Counted from the stretch's first letter, positions 1 through 8,626 are shown. The stretch: 64,000 nucleotides of DNA from a virus (IMGVR_UViG_3300021599_001517:18702-82701); one strand, 5' to 3'. Notes: generated from the sequence alone by a model not told the origin. Numbers and translations: made by a program.

Positions 1-1592
1 TCGTAAAGAAAAATATTAAAGTTGGTCTTTATACTTCGGAACTTCTTGAATGGTATTCAGAAGATGATTGGAATAAGATGAATGATATGTTAGATCATTC
101 TAAAGATGAAGAATATTCCTATGCTGCTATTGAACAACTAATTGAAAAATATCTAGTGCGTAATCGTGCTACAAAAGAAATATACGAAACTCCTCAAGTT
201 CGTTATATGATTGCAGCAGCTACAGTATTTCATAAGGAAGAACCAAATGCTGCCAGAATGCGTTACATAAAGGAATATTATAATGCTGCTAGTGATGGTC
301 TTTTTACTCTTGCTACTCCTGTCCTTGCTGGGCTTGGCACTCCGACGAAACAATTTTCTTCTTGCGTTCTCATTAGGTCTGATGATGACCTGGATAGTAT
401 ATTCGCTAGTGGCGAGATGATGGCCAAGTATGCCAGCAAACGTGCTGGCATTGGCTTAGAGATTGGACGTTTGCGTCCTTTGGGTAGTCCAATTCGCGGT
501 GGCGAGATCATGCACACTGGCATGATCCCTTTCCTTAAGAAGTGGTTTGGTGACCTACGCAGTTGCAGTCAAGGAGGTATTCGTAATGCTAGTGCTACAG
601 TTTTTTATCCTATTTGGCATCATCAGTTTGATGATCTTATCGTCCTTAAGAACAACCAAGGCACAGACGAAACCAGAGTCCGTCATATGGATTATGGGGT
701 TGTGCTTAGTGCTTTCTTCTGGAGAAGATTTAAAAACAGAGAAAACATAACCTTCTTTGATCCTAATGAAGTACCGGATTTATATGAAGCTTTCTACAGC
801 AATACAGAACGCTTTGAAGAATTATATGTTAAATATGAAAAGCAAAAAAGTCTCCGTAAAAAAGTAATGAGTGCTGAAGAGGTATTCAAAGGAGGCATTT
901 TAAAAGAGCGCACAGACACAGGACGTATCTATCTTGTATTCATTGACAATGTAATGAATCAAGGTCCGTTTGATACAGAGTATCATACCATTTATCAGAG
1001 TAACCTTTGCTGTGAGATCCTATTACCTACGAAACCATTTAAGAGACTCGACGATCCGGAGGGCAGAATTGCTCTTTGCACCCTTGGGTCCATTAACTGG
1101 GGTGCCTTCCGCAATCCTGAAGACATGCGTCGTGCTTGCCGTATATTGCAGCGTAGTCTTTGCAATATATTGGATTATCAAGATTTTCTAAGTATACAAT
1201 CTGAGTTAAGCAATCAAGAAATACAACCGTTGGGTATTGGTGTTACTAATCTAGCCTACTGGCATGCTAAACGTAGTTTGAAATACGGTGAGAAGGATGC
1301 ACTACAAGAAGTTAAGTCGTGGATGGAACACCAAGCGTTCTATCTTACAGAAGCAACAGTGGATCTTGCTAAGGAAAGAGGCAAATGTTTAGACAGTAAC
1401 AAAACTTGGTATGGTAAGGGTGTGTTTCCTTGGGAGCGCAGAGCTCATGGTGCAAACGAGCTAGCAGATTTTACTCCAGAGTTAGATTGGGAACCTTTAC
1501 GTAAGGAGATGAAAGAACATGGTGTACGAAATGCTACTCTTATGGCTATTGCTCCAGTTGAGTCTAGTAGTGTTGTTATTAATAGTATGTAG
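1..1592 (+). CDS. nrdA: Class Ia ribonucleotide reductase large subunit NrdA, 5'-partial (frame open to window start). The body stops at 1592, well before the normal C-terminus.
   Basis: Translation has RNR-alpha hallmarks (SNLCCEILLPT catalytic N/C/E loop, ALCTLGSINW, ...LMAIAPVESSS). The frame is open from nt 3. The expected C-terminal tail lies downstream in a different frame. Confidence 0.85.
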   Translation, partial: VKKNIKVGLYTSELLEWYSEDDWNKMNDMLDHSKDEEYSYAAIEQLIEKYLVRNRATKEIYETPQVRYMIAAATVFHKEEPNAARMRYIKEYYNAASDGLFTLATPVLAGLGTPTKQFSSCVLIRSDDDLDSIFASGEMMAKYASKRAGIGLEIGRLRPLGSPIRGGEIMHTGMIPFLKKWFGDLRSCSQGGIRNASATVFYPIWHHQFDDLIVLKNNQGTDETRVRHMDYGVVLSAFFWRRFKNRENITFFDPNEVPDLYEAFYSNTERFEELYVKYEKQKSLRKKVMSAEEVFKGGILKERTDTGRIYLVFIDNVMNQGPFDTEYHTIYQSNLCCEILLPTKPFKRLDDPEGRIALCTLGSINWGAFRNPEDMRRACRILQRSLCNILDYQDFLSIQSELSNQEIQPLGIGVTNLAYWHAKRSLKYGEKDALQEVKSWMEHQAFYLTEATVDLAKERGKCLDSNKTWYGKGVFPWERRAHGANELADFTPELDWEPLRKEMKEHGVRNATLMAIAPVESSSVVINSM

Positions 1593-1834
1593 ATCAAAGT
1601 ATTAGTACCAATACATTCTACAATCCAGCACATTTTATAGATCGTAAAGTTCCAACTACATTAATTGCTAAAAACTTAATGCAAGCTCACATGTGGGGTT
1701 TAAAAACTTTCTATTATAGTTTGATTAACAAACAAGGTAGTAAAGCACAAGAAGAAAAAGTTCAGGAAGTCGTTAATTATAATGGCTACCATAATGAAGA
1801 ATTAGAAGATGATTGCGAGGCATGTAAACTATGA
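1586..1834 (+). other. NrdA C-terminal tail segment in the -1 frame (YVDQSISTNTFYNP...GLKTFYYS...EDDCEACKL*). It ends with an ATGA overlap into nrdB.
   Basis: The frame starting at 1586 encodes the conserved FIDQSIS block, the radical-transfer Tyr-Tyr pair (KTFYY) and the C-terminal CxxC redox tail of class I R1. A -1 shift relative to 78-1592 is needed to reach it. Confidence 0.55.
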
Positions 1835-2877
1835 GTACGGCACAGTATAATTTAAACACAAAAACAGACTACCTTAATCGCAAAATGTTCCTTGATCCAG
1901 CCGGACCAGTTACTATTCAAAGGTTTGAGGAAGTCAAATATAATAAAATTTCAGACTTTGAAAAAACAGCTAGGGGTTTCTTTTGGGTTCCTGAAGAAAT
2001 TAGTCTAGCTAAAGATGCAAATGATTTTAAGGAAGCCAGCGATGCAGTTAAACATATCTTCACTAGCAACCTGCTTAGGCAAACTGCTCTTGACAGTCTG
2101 CAAGGCCGCGGCCCAAGTCAAATCTTTACTCCGGTCGTAAGCCACAGTCGCAGTTACAGTCACATTATTCGTAACATTTACAATGTGCCCAAGGATGTAT
2201 TCAACACAATCCATGACACTAAAGAAATTGTCGACATGGCTAGTTCAGTAGGTAATTATTATGAATCTTTACATCGTATCAATATGCAAGTTGAACTAGG
2301 TATGGATGTCAAAAAAGAAGATCATATTAAAGCAATCTATCTAGCACTACATGCCAGTTATGCTCTCGAAGCATTCCGCTTTATGGTATCGTTCGCTACA
2401 TCACTAGCAATGGTTGAGAATAAGATCTTTATCGGCAACGGCAACATCATCAGTTTGATTCTACAAGACGAATTGCTACACAAAGGATGGACTGCTTGGT
2501 TAATCAATCAAGTGGTCAAAGAAGATCAAAGATTTGCCCAGGCAGCTCGAGAATGTCAAGAAGAAGTAATTCAAATTTACAAAGATGTTATTGCAGAAGA
2601 AAAAGGGTGGGCTGACTATCTGTTTAAGAAAGGTCCGGTGATTGGATTGAATGCTAACATTCTAAAAGACTTTGTAGACTATACTGCTGTTGGAGCATTA
2701 AAAGATATTGGTATTAAATATTGGGATGTTGCTCCTAAAACTACACCAATTCCTTGGTTCAATAAACATTCAGACACCAGTAAAAAACAAACGGCTCTGC
2801 AAGAAAATGAATCAACTAATTATGTCATTGGTGTAATGAGTGATGCTCTAAATTATGCAGAGCTTCCAGCAATTTAA
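1831..2877 (+). CDS. nrdB: Ribonucleotide reductase class I small subunit NrdB (atypical; see findings)
   Basis: Matches include ...HIFTSNLLRQTALDSLQGR..., HSRSYSHIIRNI (His118/Tyr122 block), FMVSFA...VEN... (Glu204) and LQDELLH (Glu238/His241). The stop/start overlap with nrdA is ATGA. Confidence 0.8.
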   Translation: MSTAQYNLNTKTDYLNRKMFLDPAGPVTIQRFEEVKYNKISDFEKTARGFFWVPEEISLAKDANDFKEASDAVKHIFTSNLLRQTALDSLQGRGPSQIFTPVVSHSRSYSHIIRNIYNVPKDVFNTIHDTKEIVDMASSVGNYYESLHRINMQVELGMDVKKEDHIKAIYLALHASYALEAFRFMVSFATSLAMVENKIFIGNGNIISLILQDELLHKGWTAWLINQVVKEDQRFAQAARECQEEVIQIYKDVIAEEKGWADYLFKKGPVIGLNANILKDFVDYTAVGALKDIGIKYWDVAPKTTPIPWFNKHSDTSKKQTALQENESTNYVIGVMSDALNYAELPAI

Positions 2878-3066
2878 TTAAGTAAAGATATGTATAAAGC
2901 ACAGTTTAAAAGTAAGAGTCCATACGAATCGTGGACTACTCTTGGAACATTTGGAACAGAAGCCCAAGCTATCTCTGCTGCTCTACAAAAAAAACAAAAA
3001 GGTGCTGTTATGGTTAGAGTTGTTGATAAAAACAACAGCATTGTTTATTCAAGTTAAGGAAGAAAG

Positions 3067-3306
3067 ATGAAAGCAGTAGTATGGAGTAAGTATCATTGTC
3101 CATTCTGTGATCAAGCTAAGGCACTGCTCACAGCAAAGGGCATTCAGTTTGAAGAAAAGAAAATTGGCGATGGATTTACCAAAGAAGATTTATTAGAAGC
3201 TGTTCCTAATGCAAGAACAGTTCCACAAATTTTCTTAGATGATAAGTTAATTGGTGGTTTTACAGAATTAAAAGCATATCTAGCAAAGGAACAAAATGTT
3301 AATTGA
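3067..3306 (+). CDS. Glutaredoxin (NrdH/Grx-like redoxin)
   Basis: 79 aa with a CPFC active site, glutaredoxin-like throughout, located next to nrdAB. Confidence 0.8.
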   Translation: MKAVVWSKYHCPFCDQAKALLTAKGIQFEEKKIGDGFTKEDLLEAVPNARTVPQIFLDDKLIGGFTELKAYLAKEQNVN

Positions 3307-3586
3307 TAAAGGCGTAACAGAAGGTGAAGTAGTAACTCTAAAACTATCAACTGGTGAAGAGTTAATAGCAAAATTAATTGAGGATGGTGCCCTCTATTAC
3401 AAATTAAGTAAGCCCATGGTTCTTAGTATGACACAAAAGGGTGTGGGCATGATGCCTTATCTTTTTACAGTTAATCCAGAAAAAGAAATTAAATTGTTTA
3501 AGACCAATGTAGTGGTGTTAGAAGCTACTGACAAAGATTTTGCTACTGCATATACGCAACAAACAACAGGAATAGCTCTAGCATAA
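3296..3586 (+). CDS. Hypothetical protein
   Basis: ORF with an ATG overlapping the glutaredoxin stop (ATGTTAATTGA). No recognisable motif. Confidence 0.35.
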   Translation: MLIDKGVTEGEVVTLKLSTGEELIAKLIEDGALYYKLSKPMVLSMTQKGVGMMPYLFTVNPEKEIKLFKTNVVVLEATDKDFATAYTQQTTGIALA

Positions 3587-3587
3587 T

Positions 3588-4616
3588 ATGGTAAAAGCAA
3601 TACAGAGACTCAAGGATGAAAACACATCCGGTGGTGAGATTGTCGAAACCGATGGCAACACTACTGTTTATGCTAATGATCGTTTAGTATCTGTTAATAC
3701 AAGTTTAGTTGGAGAATTCATAGAAGGCGATATACAAGCCAACGATGTAACCGCTAACGGAAGCAATGCAGTGTTTGTTCGTTTAATTGGAGTCAACTAC
3801 ACAACTAATAAAGACGAAAGTGGTGCTACTAGAATTGGTGGTAGTTCGGACGTTTTTGTTGGAGATGATGTTGATCAAGATATTCCTAGTATTAGAGAAG
3901 TTGTAACTGCCGACGATCTTGACCTCGATCCTGAAGATCCAGGAGCTGGCCGAAGAAGGTACGAAGAGCTAGTAAGAAATGGTACTATTAGCAAACGAGA
4001 ACAAGATGTTGCTTCCCCAAAACCCAGTGGAAAGAAAGATACTGCTCCTAGTAAATTTACCGGGACACCAACAACTGCCTGCGAAGGAATTGAATTAATA
4101 GTTGAACCCCCCGGTCTTCCTCCATTACAGGGATCGGTGTTAGATGCTGTTCAATTGTCACCAAGATTCACTGTTGGAAAACTAACTAGAGCTCCTAATA
4201 TAATTTTTGATCATCCCCTTAAACTTGGTGATTTAAGATTATCATTAGCAGAAACTGTGTGTAATTTAAAATTACTAGCAATCAATGTTTTAGAACCTAT
4301 TTTTTCTAAATACCCAAATGCTTTTATAACAAATACATTTAGACCTGCATCAACAAGTCAAAAAAGTCAACATGTTACAGGACAAGCGGTGGATTTGCAA
4401 TTTAGAAATGTCACTAAAGGTGATTATTATATAATTGCTCAAGATTTAAAAAATTTAGTCCCTTTTGATCAATTTTTATTAGAATATAAAACTACAGGTA
4501 CTAGATTACCGTGGATACATATAAGTTTTAGTAAATCCAACAATAGAAAACAGGTTCTTACTTTGCTTAATGATACAACATATGGTCAAGGACTAATTGA
4601 TTTACAGGCACAATAA
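3588..4616 (+). CDS. Virion-associated protein with a C-terminal peptidase M15 (VanY/LAS-type D,D- or L,D-peptidase) domain
   Basis: The C-terminal region contains SQHVTGQAVDL (SxHxxGxAxD zinc-peptidase motif) and a downstream HIS... segment. The N-terminal part is Gly/Thr/Val-rich, like an injected lysin or structural protein. Confidence 0.55.
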   Translation: MVKAIQRLKDENTSGGEIVETDGNTTVYANDRLVSVNTSLVGEFIEGDIQANDVTANGSNAVFVRLIGVNYTTNKDESGATRIGGSSDVFVGDDVDQDIPSIREVVTADDLDLDPEDPGAGRRRYEELVRNGTISKREQDVASPKPSGKKDTAPSKFTGTPTTACEGIELIVEPPGLPPLQGSVLDAVQLSPRFTVGKLTRAPNIIFDHPLKLGDLRLSLAETVCNLKLLAINVLEPIFSKYPNAFITNTFRPASTSQKSQHVTGQAVDLQFRNVTKGDYYIIAQDLKNLVPFDQFLLEYKTTGTRLPWIHISFSKSNNRKQVLTLLNDTTYGQGLIDLQAQ

Positions 4617-5026
4617 TGAAAAAATTATTTTGGAACATTTTAGGATTTTTAAGTTTGGGTATGGCCTACATAGGTTTGGTAACCCCCGGCATTCCTTACT
4701 CACCATTCATTGTATTTTCTGCATATTGTTTTAGCAAAGGCTCAGAACGTATGCATCGTTGGATCTACAATCATAAGATTTTTGGTCCGTTCTTAACCAA
4801 CTGGACAGAAAAGCGTGTGTTCCCAACTAAACTAAGATATCTCATGTTAGCCATGATGAGTCTAAGTTTAGTGCTGATGTGGACGGGAGGGGTTAAGCCT
4901 ATAGGGATAATCAGCACAGCAATATTCATGCTTTTAGTTGCAGTGTGGGCCTGGAGATATCCAGCAACACCAGAAGAACATGATCAAAGAAAATTAGATA
5001 ATAAGAGGATTGGATGGCTAAAATAA
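4616..5026 (+). CDS. DUF454 / YbaN-family inner membrane protein
   Basis: Matches LGMAYIGLVTPGIPYSPFIVFSAYCFSKGSERMHRW (YbaN signature) and is predicted to have 3-4 TM helices. Confidence 0.6.
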   Translation: MKKLFWNILGFLSLGMAYIGLVTPGIPYSPFIVFSAYCFSKGSERMHRWIYNHKIFGPFLTNWTEKRVFPTKLRYLMLAMMSLSLVLMWTGGVKPIGIISTAIFMLLVAVWAWRYPATPEEHDQRKLDNKRIGWLK

Positions 5027-5271
5027 CATTGAACGAATTAATTGACATTGCTTTTGCTGCCGAGGAAGGGGATCCAATTGAGTGGGGAATCTTTACCAAC
5101 GGTAAAGAACAAGCAATGACAATGATCGGAACTAGTATCTTAGAACAGTTCGACAAAGACATTATTACAGATGAAGATAAACTAATACTGTTAGCAACAA
5201 TTACTAAATTGGTAACAGAAAATATGGTATTAAACACAAAGCTATTGACATTGTCTAAAAAAGATAGTTAA
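5014..5271 (+). CDS. Hypothetical acidic protein
   Basis: ORF only. Confidence 0.3.
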   Translation: MAKITLNELIDIAFAAEEGDPIEWGIFTNGKEQAMTMIGTSILEQFDKDIITDEDKLILLATITKLVTENMVLNTKLLTLSKKDS

Positions 5272-5475
5272 ATAACATATGAACGATGATTTAACAAGAT
5301 TCTTAGTTGGTTTTCTTATAGTCGCGGCTGTGCTTTTTATTATACTACTATGATTTTTAATCTTTTAATTTTAGCATTTGCTGTATACTGTTTAGTAGTA
5401 TGGATCCATGCGTTAGTAACATACGATTGGACTAAATTTGAAGAGGATTCAAAAGACGACGATTTTTTGAAACCT

Positions 5476-5552
5476 TATGAATAAAGAATTGTTGTAATTC
5501 CTTCAAAGTGAAGGCATTCTGGACGCGGGTTCGACTCCCGCCAGGTCCACCA
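5476..5552 (+). ncRNA. ssrA: tmRNA acceptor piece of a permuted ssrA: T-arm plus 3' acceptor strand plus CCA, gGACGCGGGUUCGACUCCCGCCAGGUCC-A-CCA (5' boundary approximate)
   Basis: Positions 5521-5552 are almost identical to the E. coli tmRNA 3' end (GGACGCGGGUUCAACUCCCGCCAGCUCCACCA). The encoded CCA ends at 5552. Confidence 0.65.
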
Positions 5553-5673
5553 ATAGAGATGATTATGAACACTACACAAACTATAAAATTAGCAGGATTT
5601 TTTCTAGGAACGTATATTTTATACAGACTAGGATTAGAAGTTTGGTGTATAGTTTATGGACTACTTTATTGAT

Positions 5674-5892
5674 GGGCCTGACATGGTTTCGACAGGGTGA
5701 GATAATAGAGACGGCAACACGGTAGGCGATGACCGTAAATCAAGCAAATCTATAAATGCAAACGATAATGCATTTGACTTTACAGCAATGAGCTTCACCG
5801 GTAACACTGTTGCCAATGACAGCAAATTTGCTCTAGCAGCCTAAGAAACTGCAAGTCCGGGGTAGCTATACCTTGTAACCCAAAATAGTGAA
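5674..5892 (+). ncRNA. ssrA: tmRNA coding piece of a permuted ssrA: 5' acceptor strand GGGCCUG, a UGGUUUCGACAGGG D-analog, and a tag reading frame ending ...ANDSKFALAA-UAA (3' boundary approximate, at the terminator)
   Basis: GGGCCUGACAUGGUUUCGACAGGG matches the universal tmRNA 5' end GGGGCUGAUUCUGGAUUCGACGGG and pairs with the upstream CAGGUCC. It lies downstream of the CCA end, which makes the gene permuted. Confidence 0.65.
5758..5844 (+). other. tmRNA tag-peptide reading frame (ANDNAFDFTAMSFTGNTVANDSKFALAA-stop; the true resume codon is uncertain, minimal tag ANDSKFALAA from 5812)
   Basis: The GCA at 5758 lies 84 nt from the 5' end of the coding piece. The frame ends ...KFALAA-TAA (compare E. 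coli ANDENYALAA). Confidence 0.5.
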
Positions 5893-5916
5893 AAGCCCCC
5901 TTGGGGGCTTTTCTTT
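5891..5916. terminator. Bidirectional rho-independent terminator (GCCCCC-TT-GGGGGC plus T-run) between the tmRNA and the convergent lipoprotein gene
   Basis: Perfect 6-bp GC stem with a flanking A-run and T-run. Confidence 0.7.
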
Positions 5917-6379
5917 ATTGCGGATAGACTAAAACGTTTTCTTCGGTTCCGATAATAGGATCAACTATAAGTTTCCCAAATCCTAGCATGGTCTGATTAG
6001 TGTTAATAGCAATGTCTTTGTTATTGTTGCTGTTGACTATGGCAAGATCAGTGCTTTTCCCAATACCATAAATTTGAGTAAGGCTGGGCACAATTACACT
6101 AGCCCACCGCAGAGCTGTGTCGCCTGTGCTAGTAGGTTGCTGTAGCTTAGGACTGTTGTTTTCCGGTGCGCCTTGCTGTAATGCAATTACAGCGGCTACA
6201 CGAGCCGTGGTGTCGCCACTATTGGCAATAGCTTCTAATGCCTTGTATCGTGCAATTTCTGCTTCTGCTCTTGCTAGGGCAATATTTTCTTGGGTTTGGG
6301 CGTATTGTTGGTAGTTGTTAGATGCACAACCAGTTAGTGTTATGACGCAGATGGCGCCGGCGAGAATAGTTTTTCTCAT
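5915..6379 (-). CDS. Lipoprotein (signal peptide plus LTGC lipobox)
   Basis: MRKTILAGAICVITLTGCAS... No other motif. Confidence 0.55.
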   Translation of the reverse strand: MRKTILAGAICVITLTGCASNNYQQYAQTQENIALARAEAEIARYKALEAIANSGDTTARVAAVIALQQGAPENNSPKLQQPTSTGDTALRWASVIVPSLTQIYGIGKSTDLAIVNSNNNKDIAINTNQTMLGFGKLIVDPIIGTEENVLVYPQ

Positions 6380-6500
6380 AATAGTTTCCTTATAAATGAT
6401 TTTATTTGGAAACTACTTAGATCAACTTACTCCCAATATAATATTGGCATAGTTAGAATATTAAACCTAATATAGCAAAGGCTACTTCGGTAACTTTTTT

Positions 6501-6529
6501 TTGAGTTTTTATTCTAAAGACTATATAAT
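6501..6529 (+). promoter_or_regulatory. Sigma70-like promoter TTGAGT-N17-TATAAT driving the 6537 gene (very short leader)
   Basis: -35 at 6501-6506, 17-nt spacer, -10 TATAAT at 6524-6529, then ATG at 6537. Confidence 0.45.
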
Positions 6530-6536
6530 AACTCTT

Positions 6537-7391
6537 ATGAAACGTACCTCTATTAAAGAACTTTTTGGCGGTGAAGTTGCCTTCACCAAGTTCATCTCTC
6601 AAGATATTCAAACTGCCAAACGTTTGATTAATGCTATTTCTGCAGACTATGACGATGATTATACAGTCAAACCAGAGGATCATACGATTGATTCAAAACG
6701 TGTTGATCTTGTAATCCGCGATTCAGAAAACGTAGTTGCGTATGTAATTGAAAGCCAAGATTGTACTGGCTGGCTTGATTCAATTCATGCCAGCAAGATT
6801 CTTTATTATATGTACGAAAAAGAATGTTCAGAAGGTATTTTACTTTGCGAAGATGCAGATGAGCATATCAAAGGATTTGTTCGTTGGTGCAATGAAAATA
6901 CACCTGTACAGATTTGGTTGATGAGTGCTGTATGTTTTGAAGTTAATAATTCAAAGTATGTAGACTTCATTCCTTTGATTCGGCCAGGTATGCTTAAAGA
7001 TAAAAAGATTCGTCGAGTATCATCAAACGGATCTACATCAGCGTCTGTAGACTTTTCAGAAATGTTACAAGAAAAAGCAGACCAACATCCTGGTTTATTC
7101 ACGAATGTAAGATCAAGATATCTCAGTACAAATGGTGTAGGAGGATCTGGGATCAACGTAGGTATTAGTCCACGTAAGAGTGGTTACTTTATGGTTACCA
7201 TTTGGCATGCAGGCAAATGGAATAATGATAAATTTAGAAATAGTTTTAATGAATTTGTTAAAAACGAAACTAATCTAGAACCTAAGTGGCAAGATAGACA
7301 GAGTTATGTAAATGTAGATTCTTGGGACGAAGGTATAGAAGTTTATAAAAAATTTATAGATGGTTTAAAGTCTAAACAGATTGTCGGATAA
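6537..7391 (+). CDS. Hypothetical protein (possible PD-(D/E)xK-like fold: ...RVDLVIRD...VIESQD...)
   Basis: ORF from the first ATG after the promoter. The track ORF begins at TTG 6501, which is the -35 box. Confidence 0.45.
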   Translation: MKRTSIKELFGGEVAFTKFISQDIQTAKRLINAISADYDDDYTVKPEDHTIDSKRVDLVIRDSENVVAYVIESQDCTGWLDSIHASKILYYMYEKECSEGILLCEDADEHIKGFVRWCNENTPVQIWLMSAVCFEVNNSKYVDFIPLIRPGMLKDKKIRRVSSNGSTSASVDFSEMLQEKADQHPGLFTNVRSRYLSTNGVGGSGINVGISPRKSGYFMVTIWHAGKWNNDKFRNSFNEFVKNETNLEPKWQDRQSYVNVDSWDEGIEVYKKFIDGLKSKQIVG

Positions 7392-7435
7392 TTTGATATT
7401 GAAAAATCCTATTATCGTCATTGAAAAATATTAGA

Positions 7436-7453
7436 CAAAATCTATAGATTTTG
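7436..7453. promoter_or_regulatory. Perfect 18-bp palindrome CAAAATCTATAGATTTTG (operator-like) upstream of ahpC, followed by a second inverted repeat ATGTATA-N2-TATACAT at 7475-7490
   Basis: Read directly from the sequence. It sits in the ahpC upstream region, 85 nt before the RBS. Confidence 0.4.
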
Positions 7454-7537
7454 TTTGATTTATAGGATAACTAAATGTATAGTTATACATAGAACTTGTT
7501 GTTCTTTACGTTTTCAACACACACTTAAGGAGATAAA

Positions 7538-8071
7538 ATGAAAACAGTTGGTGATAAAATTGAAGCATTTGCCGTAACCGGCGTTAATCCTGGTAAAGAT
7601 GATTTCTTTACCATTACTGAAAAGTCATACGAAGGTAAGTGGAAAGTAATTGTTTACTATCCAAAAGACTTTACATTTGTATGCCCAACAGAAATCGTAG
7701 CATACGATAAATTGAATAGTGATTTTGCCGATCGTGACGCAGTATTACTAACTGGTTCAACAGATAACGAATTCTGTAAACTGGCATGGCAAGCAGCCCA
7801 TGAAGATCTTAAAAAAATCAAACATGTTCAGTTTGCTGATACACAGCGTAACGAATTGAGCCTTATTGATCAGCTTGGCGTATTCTATGCTCCAGCAGGT
7901 GCTGCACTTCGTGCAACATTCATTGTTGATCCAGAGAATGTTATCCAACACATTACTGTCAACAACTTGAATGTTGGTCGCTCACCAGAAGAAACACTTC
8001 GTGTATTAGACGCATTGCAAACAGGTGAACTTTGTGCTTGCAACCGTACAGTTGGCGGAGAGACACTGTAA
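7538..8071 (+). CDS. ahpC: Peroxiredoxin, AhpC/TSA family
   Basis: Contains FTFVCPTEI (peroxidatic Cys). Overall AhpC-like, with a C-terminal CAC. Confidence 0.85.
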   Translation: MKTVGDKIEAFAVTGVNPGKDDFFTITEKSYEGKWKVIVYYPKDFTFVCPTEIVAYDKLNSDFADRDAVLLTGSTDNEFCKLAWQAAHEDLKKIKHVQFADTQRNELSLIDQLGVFYAPAGAALRATFIVDPENVIQHITVNNLNVGRSPEETLRVLDALQTGELCACNRTVGGETL

Positions 8072-8586
8072 TGACTGCTTGGGTAGATCAAATTAAAGAA
8101 ACTATTCCGGACTATGCTAAAGACACTCGTCTTAACATTGATGCAGTAGTTAAGCGTTCTACTCTACCCCAAGAAGAAGCAGAAGCTGTTGCTATCGCAG
8201 CGGCTTTTGCCACAGGTAATAGTAAACTGTGGACTTGGATGCAGAGTCAGGCAATAGATAAGAAAGAAGCTGAAGCAGCAGTTACCGCAGCTAGTCTAAT
8301 GGCCATGAACAATGTATGGTACCCATTCGTTGAAATGGCTGAGGATCCTAATCTAACAGGATTACCGGCACAGTTGCGTATGAACGCAATTACTACACAT
8401 GGCGGCACTACTAAAGCAAGATTTGAAGCATATTCTTTATCTGCTAGTATTGTTGGCAAGTGTCATTTTTGTGTGAAAGCACATTATGAAACACTCAAGC
8501 AAGAAGGATATACAGTAGAACAATTACGTGATATTGGGCGCATAGCGGCAGTTATCACCAGTGTATCCAGAGTACTAAATAGTTAA
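8071..8586 (+). CDS. ahpD: Alkylhydroperoxidase AhpD-family protein (carboxymuconolactone decarboxylase fold)
   Basis: KCHFCVKAH matches the CxxCxxxH AhpD catalytic motif. The start is taken at the ATG in the TAATG overlap with the ahpC stop (the track ORF starts earlier, at 8032). Confidence 0.65.
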   Translation: MTAWVDQIKETIPDYAKDTRLNIDAVVKRSTLPQEEAEAVAIAAAFATGNSKLWTWMQSQAIDKKEAEAAVTAASLMAMNNVWYPFVEMAEDPNLTGLPAQLRMNAITTHGGTTKARFEAYSLSASIVGKCHFCVKAHYETLKQEGYTVEQLRDIGRIAAVITSVSRVLNS

Positions 8587-8626
8587 TCGCCGTAACAGAA
8601 CTGTAATCTTAGGTCTCTTAAATAAG

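Noticed and set aside
1590-1700. Intron or intein as the cause of the nrdA break
   Set aside because: There is no extra sequence or homing-endonuclease ORF. Instead, sequence is missing relative to homologues and the frame shifts, so a deletion, frameshift or assembly error is more likely.
3296-3586. GroES/gp31-like co-chaperonin call for the ORF after glutaredoxin
   Set aside because: There is only vague compositional resemblance and no mobile-loop or roof motif, so it is left as hypothetical.
5476-5892. tmRNA-like sequence as a mere attP/integration-site fragment
   Set aside because: Both the acceptor and coding pieces, the tag ORF and a terminator are present and complete, and no integrase is nearby. 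A bona fide permuted ssrA seems more likely, but it remains to be tested.
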